From positions 2,878 through 66,877 of the forward strand of contig CAIWMF010000009.1 in assembly GCA_903913785.1 (NCBI GenBank): 64,000 nt of DNA. The letters run 5' to 3'. Below are positions 1-9,667 of the stretch, in pieces. The position numbers and the translations under genes are program-made. Each line of letters opens with the position of its first letter. Positions within the stretch are counted from its first letter, which is position 1. This DNA is from an uncultured Spartobacteria bacterium. GTDB lineage: Bacteria; Verrucomicrobiota; Verrucomicrobiia; Chthoniobacterales; UBA6821. The notes below the pieces were generated by a model. It worked only from the letters and a program-made list of their open reading frames with translations. It was not told where the DNA came from and did no database searches.

Positions 1-77
1 TTGTTTTGCAAGGTATGACCAAGCAGAAGGGTCTTCTTGATGGCGCTCTTTATTCTTTGAGGATTTTTTTTAAATAA
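1..77 (+). CDS. 3' end of an upstream CDS truncated by the window start (product unknown)
   Basis: Frame 3 is open from position 3 to a TAA at 75-77 (...GLLDGALYSLRIFFK*). It is too short to identify. A mur gene is plausible only from its position upstream of ddl. Confidence 0.3.
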   Translation, partial: VLQGMTKQKGLLDGALYSLRIFFK

Positions 78-116
78 TGAGCTTGAGACTTGGCTGAAAT
101 AAGGAAAAATCACCTG

Positions 117-1070
117 ATGGATATTTCCTTTTTACAAGATCATAAGATTACTGTTCTCATGGGTGGGCCTGGTGTGGAGCGGGAGGTTTCGCTCTCCTCG
201 GGAGCTGCGGTAACGAAGGCTCTCCTTACAGCCGGTCTTTCGGTTGTTCCCTGTGAGGTGAAGGGTCGTGATTTAATGCTCCCAAGAGGAACTACTTTTG
301 TCATGAATATGATTCATGGGACCTTTGGCGAGGATGGTGAGCTCCAAGGCCTCTTAGAAGAGCAAGGGATTGCCTACAGTGGGGCAGGGGTGGAGGCGAG
401 CCGTCTTGCGATTAATAAAATCGAGTCTAAAAAACGATTTCTAAAAGATGGTATTCCTACAGCCCCTTTTGAAATATTACGCCCAGGGGAGTTTCCTTCG
501 CTTGTCGTTCCTTTTGTGGTCAAGGCGCCCAAGGAGGGTTCGGCTCTTGGTATTTACATCGTCAAAGAAAATGATCCGGCCGTGATTAAGGCCGCGCTTG
601 AGGGGGCCTTTGAGTATGGGAGTGAAATTTTAGTGGAGGAATTTTTTCTAGGAAAGGAACTCACGGTCGGTATTCTTGGCGATCAAGTCCTTCCTATTAT
701 TGAAATTCAAGCCAAGGATGGCATTTATAATTATCAAAATAAATATAGTCCTCATGGAAGTCGGCATCTCATTCCTGCTCCCCTAGATCCTCTCATGACC
801 GAAAAGGTGAAAGAGATTGCACTGGCTGCACATCGCTCGTTGGGCGTTGAGGTTTACTCTCGGGTTGATATCATTTTGGGGCAGGATGGGAGGATTGCTG
901 TTTTGGAAGTCAATACGATTCCTGGAATGACAGAAACAAGCTTACTACCTGATGCGGCACGGGTATTTGGACTCGATTTTACAGCGCTTTGTGTTAGAGT
1001 GATGGAGTTATCTTTAATTACCCGAAAAAAGTATAAAGACTCCACTCATCATGATTGTTCGTCGCTCTAA
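117..1070 (+). CDS. ddl: D-alanine--D-alanine ligase
   Basis: Track ORF 90..1070. ATP-grasp Ddl-like sequence (KITVLMGGPGVEREVSLSSG, LEVNTIPGMTETSLLP). ATG at 117 is preferred over TTG at 90. It heads the order ddl-ftsQ-ftsA-ftsZ. Confidence 0.9.
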   Translation: MDISFLQDHKITVLMGGPGVEREVSLSSGAAVTKALLTAGLSVVPCEVKGRDLMLPRGTTFVMNMIHGTFGEDGELQGLLEEQGIAYSGAGVEASRLAINKIESKKRFLKDGIPTAPFEILRPGEFPSLVVPFVVKAPKEGSALGIYIVKENDPAVIKAALEGAFEYGSEILVEEFFLGKELTVGILGDQVLPIIEIQAKDGIYNYQNKYSPHGSRHLIPAPLDPLMTEKVKEIALAAHRSLGVEVYSRVDIILGQDGRIAVLEVNTIPGMTETSLLPDAARVFGLDFTALCVRVMELSLITRKKYKDSTHHDCSSL

Positions 1071-2004
1071 TTCTTATAATCGTCGGATACGTACCAAGGT
1101 AGGTGTGCAGGGCAGTCATCTTTTGGAGCTTAGAGCACGCCGCGACTCCTTCACAGAGGAGCGTACGCACAAGATTAACGCGCTGCTCATCAAGGTGATT
1201 GTTTTAGGGCTTTTTCTTCTTTTGCTCTTTGTTGGAGGAAGAATTCTTTTAGACAAGTTTTTTTTTACAAATCCCAATTATAATATCGAGCATCTTGAGG
1301 TCTCACTGGACGAGGTTATGACTCTTGAGGAACTCAAAACACTCACAGGCTTGCATGAGGGGACCAATATCTTTCAAGTAGATTTAAGTGCTGCCGAAAA
1401 AATCTTATCAGATGTGCCGGAGGTCAAAAAAGCGCATATTGAGCGCCTCTTACCTAATACCATTCAAGTTTCCTTAGAGCGGCGTGTTCCTGTTTTTCGT
1501 TTAGCCTCCTCTCCTGAGGAAGCATTGATTCCTGGTAAAAGCTTTGTGGTTGATCAAAGTGGCGTCCTTATGATTCCCAAAAAAATAGAACCCTCGCTTA
1601 TAGAGCTGCCTTTACTTCTAGGGATCGATCAAGCTTCACTCATCTTGGGGAAGCCCGTGAAAGATGAAAAATTTTTCTTTGCGATCGGACTCAGAGATCT
1701 TCTTGTTAATGATCAACACCCGGCACCGATCATGATTCGTTCTTTTGATCTCTCTCGTGAGTACTGTGCTAGAGTGACTGATGACGGACAGGCTCAGTTT
1801 GTGTTTAGCGAAGAAAATTTACCAGCACAAGTAGAGCGTTTGCACAAGCTACTCACTCACTGCCAAGAAACCGGACGGCAAATTGAAACAGCCAATCTCA
1901 TTCTAGAGCACAATACTCCGGTGACTTTTCGATTCAATCGTCATGAGGGTTCCCCTAGGAGTATTCAAGGTAGTGCTTCGAACAAAAAAGAGCTCGCTCG
2001 TTAA
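1051..2004 (+). CDS. ftsQ: cell division protein FtsQ (POTRA domain)
   Basis: 317 aa with a basic N-terminus and a single TM helix (LIKVIVLGLFLLLLFVGG), followed by a POTRA-like region. It lies between ddl and ftsA and overlaps the ddl end by 20 nt. Confidence 0.8.
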   Translation: MIVRRSNSYNRRIRTKVGVQGSHLLELRARRDSFTEERTHKINALLIKVIVLGLFLLLLFVGGRILLDKFFFTNPNYNIEHLEVSLDEVMTLEELKTLTGLHEGTNIFQVDLSAAEKILSDVPEVKKAHIERLLPNTIQVSLERRVPVFRLASSPEEALIPGKSFVVDQSGVLMIPKKIEPSLIELPLLLGIDQASLILGKPVKDEKFFFAIGLRDLLVNDQHPAPIMIRSFDLSREYCARVTDDGQAQFVFSEENLPAQVERLHKLLTHCQETGRQIETANLILEHNTPVTFRFNRHEGSPRSIQGSASNKKELAR

Positions 2005-2027
2005 TCACCACTTTTTAGCCTTTTCTT

Positions 2028-3245
2028 ATGCGCCGTGAACAGCTCTTTGTCGGTCTTGAAATTGGAACCACAAAAATTTGTGTGATTGTTGCAGAAGGAT
2101 TGCCAGATGGCTCTATTCATATTTTAGGCGTCGGAGACACTCCTTCACGAGGGATCCGCAAGGGAGAGATCATTGACTTTGCAAGTGTGACGGAATGTGT
2201 GCGCGAAGCCATCATTGATGCTGAGGAGAAAAGCAATGTCGAAATTCGTAGTGTGTGGGTAGCCTTATCAGGCGGGCATTTGCAAAGCTTTAATAATCGT
2301 GGGATATGGATTCTTCCTGATGATCATGATGCGATCACTCAAGAGGATCTTCGTATGGTTGAAATAAATGCCAAAGAGGTCACCCTTCCCTCAGCTAATG
2401 CCTTTCTGCACACAATTATTCAAAACTATCATGTCGATGGAAATCGTAATGTTATTGACCCAGAGGGGATGATTGCATCCCGTTTGGAAGCCGATTTTCA
2501 TATTGTTCATGGGGTGAAAAATCGAATTCAAAACACACTTCGGTGTCTTGAATCTTTAAAATTAGATGTTGAGGATATTGTGATGAATTCTTTAGCCTCC
2601 GCACAAGTAGTGCTCACTCAGCAGCAAAAAGATCTTGGAGCCTTGGTGATTGATATTGGCGGAGGAACAACAGATTTCTTGATTTACATTGATGGAGCAG
2701 TAAGACATAGCGGTGTCCTGGCTTTGGGAGGCGACCATATTACTAATGATATTTCTATTGGCCTAAGGCTTCCAATCGCACGCTCGGAGCTTCTCAAAAT
2801 TGAAGAGGGTTCTGCATTGCTGACTGCATCTATGAACGAGCAAAAAATTCATCTTAAAAATGACACTCTATTTTCAGGATGTGAAATCGATCGCAAGGCG
2901 CTTAACTTAATTATCCATGCTCGTGTGAACGAGCTCATGCAGCTTCTGCGTCGCGAGGTAGAACGCGGTTGTCATTTAGATCTCCTGGGAGCAGGTATTA
3001 TGTTAACAGGAGGCTGTTCTAAATTACGTGGGATCAAAAAACTCACCGAAGAAGTATTTCAACTGCCGGTTTCCGTGCCGCTTTTAAGCAATATCTCAGG
3101 CCCAACATCTACTTTTGAGAATCCTGAGTTTTCTACGGCCATTGGTCTTACTAAATATGCTAACGCTGTTTATACTGCAATCCCTCACGAGAACTTTTTT
3201 TCTAAAATCACAGATGTTCTTGGGGGCTTTTTTGGACGTCGATAA
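2028..3245 (+). CDS. ftsA: cell division protein FtsA
   Basis: 405-aa actin-fold protein (FVGLEIGTTKICV, VIDIGGGTTDF), directly upstream of the ftsZ-like gene. Confidence 0.9.
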   Translation: MRREQLFVGLEIGTTKICVIVAEGLPDGSIHILGVGDTPSRGIRKGEIIDFASVTECVREAIIDAEEKSNVEIRSVWVALSGGHLQSFNNRGIWILPDDHDAITQEDLRMVEINAKEVTLPSANAFLHTIIQNYHVDGNRNVIDPEGMIASRLEADFHIVHGVKNRIQNTLRCLESLKLDVEDIVMNSLASAQVVLTQQQKDLGALVIDIGGGTTDFLIYIDGAVRHSGVLALGGDHITNDISIGLRLPIARSELLKIEEGSALLTASMNEQKIHLKNDTLFSGCEIDRKALNLIIHARVNELMQLLRREVERGCHLDLLGAGIMLTGGCSKLRGIKKLTEEVFQLPVSVPLLSNISGPTSTFENPEFSTAIGLTKYANAVYTAIPHENFFSKITDVLGGFFGRR

Positions 3246-3260
3246 TATAGATTGATCATC

Positions 3261-4715
3261 ATGCCTTCCTCTGCTCTCAACTCAGGTTCTCGATCCATAC
3301 ACTTTTCCTACCGTATTATTGGTCTGGGTAATGCTGGGGTGAATTTTTTAGATCGCTTGTTACTTAAGGATCCTGCGTTCTCTGGACTCATTGCTCTTAA
3401 TAATGATGCTGAGGCACTCGCTGCCTCGGTTGTGACCACAAAGCTCCTTCTGCCCTCGGAGCTCGATGATTCTTCCTCATTGTCTTCTGAAGACTTAGCA
3501 AAAGCTCTTCCTCAACTTGTCAAGGAGATGGAGCAAGCATCAGTGGTAATTCTTGTGGGAGGTCTTGGTGGCGGATGCGCCTCAACACTCCTTCCTCATG
3601 TGGCAAGGATGAGTAAAGCCGCTCACAAAACGACTCTTGCCTGCGTGAGTCTTCCTTTTTCCTTTGAGGGTAAACGAACGCAATTAATAGCCGCTCAGTC
3701 GATGGCAGCATTAGAAAAAGAATGTGATGGATTGATTTTCCTAGATAATGATCGTCTTTGTGCAAAGCGTGCTTCGATTTCTGCCTTAGGGGAAACATTT
3801 ACTGCTTCTGATGAGGCTATGGAAGCGATTTTGCCCGCACTCTTAGCTATTTTATTTAACAAAGGTCCTGTTCGTATTACGCGTGCTGATTTTTTAAAAG
3901 CATTGCAAGAGCGTGGTTCCAAGCACTCGTTTGGTTACGGTGAGGCCATAGGGGGGAATCGATTACATGAAGCACTTGAGCAAGCTTTAAAAAATCCTCT
4001 ACTCGATCGTGGGCGCTGTTTGCCTAAAGCGAGTCATGTTTTTCTACTCTTGCGAGGTCCTAAGGATATTTCTTTTGCAGAAGTGCAAGCTGCCATGCAG
4101 GAAGTAGAGCGCTTGGCAGGACCTGACCGCGATATCCAATTAAGTGTGTATCCCGAGAAGCCTTCTGGAGAGCCTTTGCAAATTTTTCTTTTCGCTATTA
4201 TTGGAGGAACTCCTGCTGCACTAGAGGTAATGCAGCCCTTGCCAGCAGCTGAATCTAAACTACCCAAGGAAGAAATTATTAAGCCGCAACTAGAGCTTAG
4301 TAGTCATGAAACTCTCCCCTCTATAGATCTTTTAGAGCGCCCGCAAGCTTCTCAAGACGAACATGCCGTATTGGAGAGTATTGTAAGTAATTGTGAGACT
4401 CTTGCCAGTAGCCTAAAGACTAGCACCAAGGGAGTGAAGCCATACAGCCAAGAAGAGGAAGGATCAATAGCACCTAAAAAAGAGAGGGAAGATAAGAGGG
4501 AGCTTTTTCAAGAAGATCTTTTTAAGAAATCTGCTGAAATTCCAGATGCTATTGCTACAAAGTCCTTGCTACCTCCAAAACTCAAACAAACTCAAGGAGC
4601 TTTGAATCTCAAAGCCCTGCAACGAGGGCGCTTCGATAAAAGCGAACCAACTATTTTTGAGGGAGAGGATCTTGATACGCCTACCTATTTGAGATTAGGA
4701 TTAAAACTCGGCTAA
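3261..4715 (+). CDS. ftsZ: divergent FtsZ-like tubulin-fold protein
   Basis: Track ORF 3252..4715 (TTG start); first ATG at 3261. FtsZ-like blocks are present: IIGLGNAGVNFL, LNNDAEAL, VGGLGGGCAS, SLPFSFEGKR, FLDNDRL. It has a long disordered linker and a C-terminal DLDTPTYLRLG peptide resembling the FtsA-binding tail. It occupies the canonical position after ftsA. Confidence 0.8.
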   Translation: MPSSALNSGSRSIHFSYRIIGLGNAGVNFLDRLLLKDPAFSGLIALNNDAEALAASVVTTKLLLPSELDDSSSLSSEDLAKALPQLVKEMEQASVVILVGGLGGGCASTLLPHVARMSKAAHKTTLACVSLPFSFEGKRTQLIAAQSMAALEKECDGLIFLDNDRLCAKRASISALGETFTASDEAMEAILPALLAILFNKGPVRITRADFLKALQERGSKHSFGYGEAIGGNRLHEALEQALKNPLLDRGRCLPKASHVFLLLRGPKDISFAEVQAAMQEVERLAGPDRDIQLSVYPEKPSGEPLQIFLFAIIGGTPAALEVMQPLPAAESKLPKEEIIKPQLELSSHETLPSIDLLERPQASQDEHAVLESIVSNCETLASSLKTSTKGVKPYSQEEEGSIAPKKEREDKRELFQEDLFKKSAEIPDAIATKSLLPPKLKQTQGALNLKALQRGRFDKSEPTIFEGEDLDTPTYLRLGLKLG

Positions 4716-4949
4716 CCCGAATATTTCATACTGATTGTTACGAGGAGGCAGCGAAGCCTTATGGATACTGCGCTCAAGCTCGAAGTCGTTGATTCGCTTG
4801 GCGAAGCTTGACTCACCCCTTCGGGGCTGTTGGAGAGCAGTCTGCCCCACGGCCTCGCAGCCAGTGGTGTTCTCCGGGCATTATGTACAGAGATACAGCC
4901 CTGCTTCCAAATATTCGCATGCCTGACTCTATCAGGCTTCGCGGCTGCC
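4713..4949. mobile_element. MITE-like repeat copy A (one intact terminus, right terminus missing)
   Basis: Starts with (C)TAACCCGAATATTTCATACTGATTGTTACGAGG, sharing its TAA with the ftsZ stop codon. Internal blocks match other copies (GCGCTCAAGCTCGAAGTC, ATGTACAGAGATACAGCCC). Inverted arms GGCAGCGAAGCCT (4747-4759) and AGGCTTCGCGGCTGCC (4934-4949) close the element and are followed by a T7 run, so it could also act as the dcw-operon terminator. Confidence 0.75.
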
Positions 4950-4963
4950 TTTTTTTATTAGGA

Positions 4964-6580
4964 CTAAGAAATAGAACAAGCATTTCTACTTGGCAGCTTC
5001 GACTTATCCTTTATCTCCAAATAACCAGCCAACTGCTCCGTAGCAGCCAACTGCTCCGTAGCATACAAATGATTGCGAGCGTATAGAAGATAAGAAGTAT
5101 CTGGAGCTGATGAGGAACAGTTTGCTCGCGTAAATAAATCGAAGACTTTATTAAAGCCCTTAATGATATCTGCTCTAGGCTTCGGTCTTGCCAACTCAAG
5201 CGTGAGACACAAATGAGCGCGACCTTTATAATATAGATTCTCTGCGCTGTCTTCATCGTCCTCTCTTTCTGCTTTTTGAAAAAACTCGAAGGCTTCATTA
5301 AAGCCCTTAATGATATCTGCTCTAGGCGTCGGTCTTGCCAACTCAAGCGTGGCATCCAAACGAGCACGACCTTGATTTCTTATATAGTAAGTTTGATAAC
5401 CTTCATTAACATGAATTTTTGCTTTTTGAAAAAGATTAAATGCTTGGTTGAAGCCCTCAATGATATCTGCTCTAGGTTGTAGTTGTGCTGACTCCTCCGT
5501 GCTCGACAAAGCAGCAGAAGCTTCGTTCTGTAAATAATAAGCTCGATCATAATGGCCGTTAGCTCGTTCTTCCTCGGCTTTTTCAAGAAGAGTAAAAATT
5601 TCATCCAGAGTGATTACCAGTTTGAAACAAAAAATAAGCTCGGCGTTTTCGGGCACGTTCTTTAATAAAAGACACCCAGATTGTAAGGCTTTTTTGTAGT
5701 TTTCTAAATATTCGGTCCTATTTGCTAAGTGAGCGAAAGATCCTTCTGAGTCTAATTGTAAGCTTCCAAGACCAGCTGTTCTAAGATCAGCTATTTTAAG
5801 ATCAATTATTTTTTTATCTAAGGTGATGATGTTGTCTTGGAGGGCGACAGAAATATTATTTAATATCTTACCGTCTAGATTGACATGTTTTCTTAAAGAG
5901 CGTGAGGTTAAAGGAAACTCTATTTTTCCTTTTGCTACTTGCTCTAACATCACTCTTCCATCGAGCACCTCTTTGATAAGTTTTGGCTCCAGTTCCTCTG
6001 TAAAGTCAAATGAAAGCAACCTGTTTTGCTCAATTTTTTCTAATGCTTCTTCAAATTTATCTTGCACAGAGATAGCTCTTACGTCCCTAAATAGGGAGTT
6101 ATTGACGATATCTGTGACTTGGTCTGCATCCAGTCCTTGAGTATCCAAAAGTCTCTCTAGTGGGCCTCTTTGTTCCTCTGTTTCTGAGAGATCAGGTGGT
6201 GCAGAAGGTTCAATATCTCCACTGATTTTAAGAGATTCAGACTTATTTATTATCTCTGGAACTGGAGGATAAGAACTTATCGTATTAACCTCCTCTGAGG
6301 ACATACTAGTTGATGGAAACTTTAAATTTTCTAAAGATGCTAAATTTTTAGATTTTTCTTTAGCAGGATCTTGAGCAAGACGAGAAGGTCGATTCGAAAA
6401 CGTACTCGTCGACATCTGTTTGCTAACCTTGTGTGTTGGAACCGTAGGCATCTCAACAACTGTAGTCGATCCGGGGAATTTCCCTTTCACTCGCACTGAT
6501 CGAGCTTGGGCAGATGAAGGAGCCTGAGGGTTTGCTGTTGGTACTTGAGAGCTAGTTTGTGGTTTTGATTTTAATAGCAT
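4964..6580 (-). CDS. hypothetical protein with C-terminal 49-50 aa tandem repeats
   Basis: 538-aa ORF. The N-terminal third is S/T/P-rich and I saw no signal peptide. Three repeats of the form PRADII[EK]GFN.AF..F.KA....LELARP. I recognise no family. Confidence 0.6.
   Translation of the reverse strand: MLLKSKPQTSSQVPTANPQAPSSAQARSVRVKGKFPGSTTVVEMPTVPTHKVSKQMSTSTFSNRPSRLAQDPAKEKSKNLASLENLKFPSTSMSSEEVNTISSYPPVPEIINKSESLKISGDIEPSAPPDLSETEEQRGPLERLLDTQGLDADQVTDIVNNSLFRDVRAISVQDKFEEALEKIEQNRLLSFDFTEELEPKLIKEVLDGRVMLEQVAKGKIEFPLTSRSLRKHVNLDGKILNNISVALQDNIITLDKKIIDLKIADLRTAGLGSLQLDSEGSFAHLANRTEYLENYKKALQSGCLLLKNVPENAELIFCFKLVITLDEIFTLLEKAEEERANGHYDRAYYLQNEASAALSSTEESAQLQPRADIIEGFNQAFNLFQKAKIHVNEGYQTYYIRNQGRARLDATLELARPTPRADIIKGFNEAFEFFQKAEREDDEDSAENLYYKGRAHLCLTLELARPKPRADIIKGFNKVFDLFTRANCSSSAPDTSYLLYARNHLYATEQLAATEQLAGYLEIKDKSKLPSRNACSIS
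5026..5061 (-). repeat. perfect 18-bp tandem duplication inside a CDS
   Basis: CAGCCAACTGCTCCGTAG occurs twice (5026-5043 and 5044-5061), encoding ATEQLA ATEQLA near the C-terminus of the 538-aa protein. Confidence 0.9.
5100..5545 (-). repeat. intragenic tandem repeat, period 147-150 bp, 3 copies
   Basis: The motif TT[AG]AAGCCCT[TC]AATGATATCTGCTCTAGG starts at 5151, 5298 and 5448. Copies 1 and 2 continue with near-identical C[TG]TCGGTCTTGCCAACTCAAGCGTG. Confidence 0.85.
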
Positions 6581-6837
6581 GGTTTTCTTGGATTTTGGAT
6601 GACACGAAATACCAACTATATTAATAAAAATTTAGAGAAAACAACTCAATTTGATGGGTGCAGCCATAACCTGAATCTATCGATGATGATTTTTTGAGTA
6701 CGCAGCAAATCTTGAAAAACTGGCTCATTAGTGAGTAGTGGAACTCATCGATATCCTCTTTTTTCAGGGTGTCATTATTGATGAGTTAATTCGTAGCTCT
6801 GGTAGAGGATCATGATTGATTTCATAACAGAGTCCAT

Positions 6838-6879
6838 GTGGAATATTCGGGTTAAAGGTAAACCGCATATTTCATTGTG
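6838..6879. repeat. two abutted MITE-family termini (right end, 3-nt spacer, left end)
   Basis: GTGGAATATTCGGGTTAA AGG TAAACCGCATATTTCATTGTG. The two ends face each other, 61-85 nt upstream of the clpB ATG. Confidence 0.65.
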
Positions 6880-6939
6880 TTTTCCTCTCACTACGGGCAT
6901 GTCAATAGAACATAATAACCAAAAACTAATTTCTACTTT

Positions 6940-9516
6940 ATGAGACCTGATAAATTCACCATTAAAATGCAAGAGGCACTTCAAGGAGCGCTCGATATTG
7001 CTTCTAAATCCGGACAGCAGGAGGTGAGTAACGATCATTTTTTACTCTCATTATTAAGTCAAAATGAGGGGCTCGTTCGGCCATTGTTAGAAAAAATGGG
7101 AACTCAGGTGCAATCGCTCGCAGCGAAAATTGAATCACATCTTCTTTCCCAAGCCCGTGTACATGGGGGGTCACAGCCCTTTATTGGCAATGAACTTCGG
7201 AAAACGATCGATCATGCAGAAGAAGAACAGGAGAAACTCAAAGATGAATTTTTAAGTGCTGAGCATTATCTCTTAGCACTCTGTGATGAGAAGTTATGGG
7301 TTGCTCAATTTTTAAAAGAGCAGGGGATTACTCGTGACAAGCTCATGAAAACATTAGTTGAGGTGAGAGGGAGTCAGCGTGTGAGCGACCAAAATCCTGA
7401 AGGTAAATATCAAACGCTTGAAAAATATGGACGTGATCTCACCGCATTAGCCCGGAAAGGAAAAATTGATCCCGTAATTGGACGTGATGAGGAAATTCGG
7501 CGTACTATGCAAGTGCTCTCGCGTCGTACAAAAAATAACCCCGTCTTAATTGGGGAGCCAGGAGTTGGGAAGACTGCCATTGTCGAAGGGCTTGCCCGTC
7601 GCATTATCAGTGGTGATGTTCCTGAGTCACTGAAAAACAAGCGCCTTATAGCCATGGATATTGGTTCGATGGTTGCGGGAGCGAAATTCCGAGGAGAATT
7701 TGAAGATCGCTTGAAGGCTTTTTTAAAAGAAGTTAGTCGTTCAGAAGGTGAAATTATTCTTTTTATCGATGAACTCCATACCATTGTTGGAGCTGGTGCT
7801 AGTGAGGGATCCATGGATGCTTCTAATCTGCTCAAGCCACAGCTTGCTCGTGGAGAACTGCGCACCATAGGTGCTACAACTCTCAATGAGTATCGTAAAT
7901 ATATTGAAAAAGATGCTGCCCTCGAGCGACGTTTTCAACCTGTCATGGTTCAAGAACCAACTCTGGAGGATACGATTGCCATTTTGCGTGGATTAAAGGA
8001 GCGCTATGAGATCCATCACGGTGTTCGTATTCAAGATGCAGCCTTAGTGGCTGCAGCGCTTCTTTCACATCGCTACATTTCTGATCGTTTTTTGCCCGAT
8101 AAAGCCGTTGATCTCATGGATGAAGCCGCCTCGCGTTTAAAGATTGAACTTGAATCCATGCCAACAGAGATAGATCAAGGGGAGCGAGCCATTATGATGC
8201 TTGAGATGGAACGTCAGGCACTACGTAAAGAAAAAGATGCTGCGAGCAAAGAGCGCCTGGATAAGCTCGAGAAGGAACTCTCTGAAGTGAAAGAAAAAAC
8301 AACAACGCTTAAAACACGATGGCTCCAAGAAAAAGAAGAGATCGGTAAGTCGCAAAAGCTCAATGAAGAATTAGAGCTCTTGAAAAACGAGCTTGTTCAA
8401 GCCCAACGTCGTGGGGATTTCGCAAGAGCCAGTGAAATCCAATATGGTCGGATTCCTGAACTTTCTTCCAAACTTGAAGCTCATAATGAGCGTATGGCTC
8501 ATAAGGCAACTACCCAACACGCGCTCCTTCAAGAAGAGGTGACCGAAGAGGATATTGCCAAGGTCGTTGCAATTTGGACGGGAATTCCCGTTTCTAATCT
8601 GCAAGAAGGAGAACGACAAAAATTAGTGAAAATGGAGGAGCGCCTCATGAACCGTGTTGTAGGACAGGAGCAGGCGATCAAAGCTGTTTCGAGCGCTGTA
8701 CGACGTGCGCGTGCAGGCCTTCAAGAAGAGGATCGTCCTATTGGATCATTTATTTTTTTAGGACCCACAGGAGTTGGTAAAACAGAGTTATCAAAAGCCT
8801 TGGCAGAATTTCTCTTCAATGATGAGCATGCCATGATTCGCCTCGATATGAGTGAGTATATGGAGAAACATACTGTTGCACGATTGATTGGAGCTCCTCC
8901 TGGTTACGTTGGATATGATGAAGGAGGTCAGTTAACCGAGGCTGTGCGCCGCAAACCTTATTCTGTGATTCTTTTTGATGAGGTTGAAAAGGCACATGGA
9001 GATGTCTTTAATGTCCTCCTGCAAGTCCTTGATGATGGTCGTATTACTGATGGACAAGGACGTACAATCGATTTCAAAAATTGCGTTATCATCATGACGA
9101 GTAATATTGGGAGTCAGTTCATCATGGAGGATTTGAAGGCACAAGAGCGTAATAGTCGTGTTATGGAGGCACTCCGAGGACATTTTAGGCCAGAATTTTT
9201 GAATCGTATTGATGAAATTGTGATTTTTGATCGTTTGAGCGATCGTAATATCACGAAAATTATTGATATTCAGTTATCACGATTAATGCATCGATTAGAG
9301 AAACAAAAACTCTCGCTGCAGCTTTCGGAAAAAGCAAAAGCCTATCTTGCCAAAGAAGGATACGATCCCGCCTATGGAGCTCGTCCATTGAAGCGTGTGA
9401 TTCAACAAAAAATCTTAGATCCTTTGAGTATGTCGATCTTAGATGGTCATATTAAAGAGGGAGATGCTCTTGAAGGCGATTTTCTCAAGGATGAACTTGT
9501 TTTTAGGAAAACTTAA
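6940..9516 (+). CDS. clpB: ATP-dependent chaperone/disaggregase ClpB
   Basis: 858 aa. Two AAA+ modules (GEPGVGKT and GPTGVGKT Walker A motifs), a long coiled-coil middle domain and a Clp N-domain. Confidence 0.95.
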   Translation: MRPDKFTIKMQEALQGALDIASKSGQQEVSNDHFLLSLLSQNEGLVRPLLEKMGTQVQSLAAKIESHLLSQARVHGGSQPFIGNELRKTIDHAEEEQEKLKDEFLSAEHYLLALCDEKLWVAQFLKEQGITRDKLMKTLVEVRGSQRVSDQNPEGKYQTLEKYGRDLTALARKGKIDPVIGRDEEIRRTMQVLSRRTKNNPVLIGEPGVGKTAIVEGLARRIISGDVPESLKNKRLIAMDIGSMVAGAKFRGEFEDRLKAFLKEVSRSEGEIILFIDELHTIVGAGASEGSMDASNLLKPQLARGELRTIGATTLNEYRKYIEKDAALERRFQPVMVQEPTLEDTIAILRGLKERYEIHHGVRIQDAALVAAALLSHRYISDRFLPDKAVDLMDEAASRLKIELESMPTEIDQGERAIMMLEMERQALRKEKDAASKERLDKLEKELSEVKEKTTTLKTRWLQEKEEIGKSQKLNEELELLKNELVQAQRRGDFARASEIQYGRIPELSSKLEAHNERMAHKATTQHALLQEEVTEEDIAKVVAIWTGIPVSNLQEGERQKLVKMEERLMNRVVGQEQAIKAVSSAVRRARAGLQEEDRPIGSFIFLGPTGVGKTELSKALAEFLFNDEHAMIRLDMSEYMEKHTVARLIGAPPGYVGYDEGGQLTEAVRRKPYSVILFDEVEKAHGDVFNVLLQVLDDGRITDGQGRTIDFKNCVIIMTSNIGSQFIMEDLKAQERNSRVMEALRGHFRPEFLNRIDEIVIFDRLSDRNITKIIDIQLSRLMHRLEKQKLSLQLSEKAKAYLAKEGYDPAYGARPLKRVIQQKILDPLSMSILDGHIKEGDALEGDFLKDELVFRKT

Positions 9517-9566
9517 AAACATGCATGTTACGCATAGTGTATTGAAAATCTATGAGATCTCATATC

Positions 9567-9618
9567 TAGCCTAGCTTCCCAGCTTCTGCAGTAGATCGGT
9601 GTGAAATATTCGGGTTAA
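9567..9618. repeat. MITE-family solo end (left-end type, inverted)
   Basis: CCTAGCTTCCCAGCTTCTGCAGTAGATCGGTGTGAAATATTCGGGTTAA matches the reverse complement of the left end of copy 36009-36197 at 41 of 49 positions by hand alignment. Confidence 0.7.
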
Positions 9619-9667
9619 GGTCCTTATTTGACATCTCTTAACTTTCTCTACTAGAATAGGCGGCCCT

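Noticed and set aside
7410-7886. Antisense ORFs inside clpB (7410..7886, 7741..7953, 8371..8619, 8932..9183). Similar shadow ORFs lie inside ftsZ, serA, glk, dnaK, groEL (for example 31356..31907 and 32121..32753), tgt, the his genes, dnaG and rpoD.
   Set aside because: They lie wholly inside strongly supported conserved CDS on the opposite strand or in another frame, have odd composition, and resemble no family. They are typical shadow ORFs.
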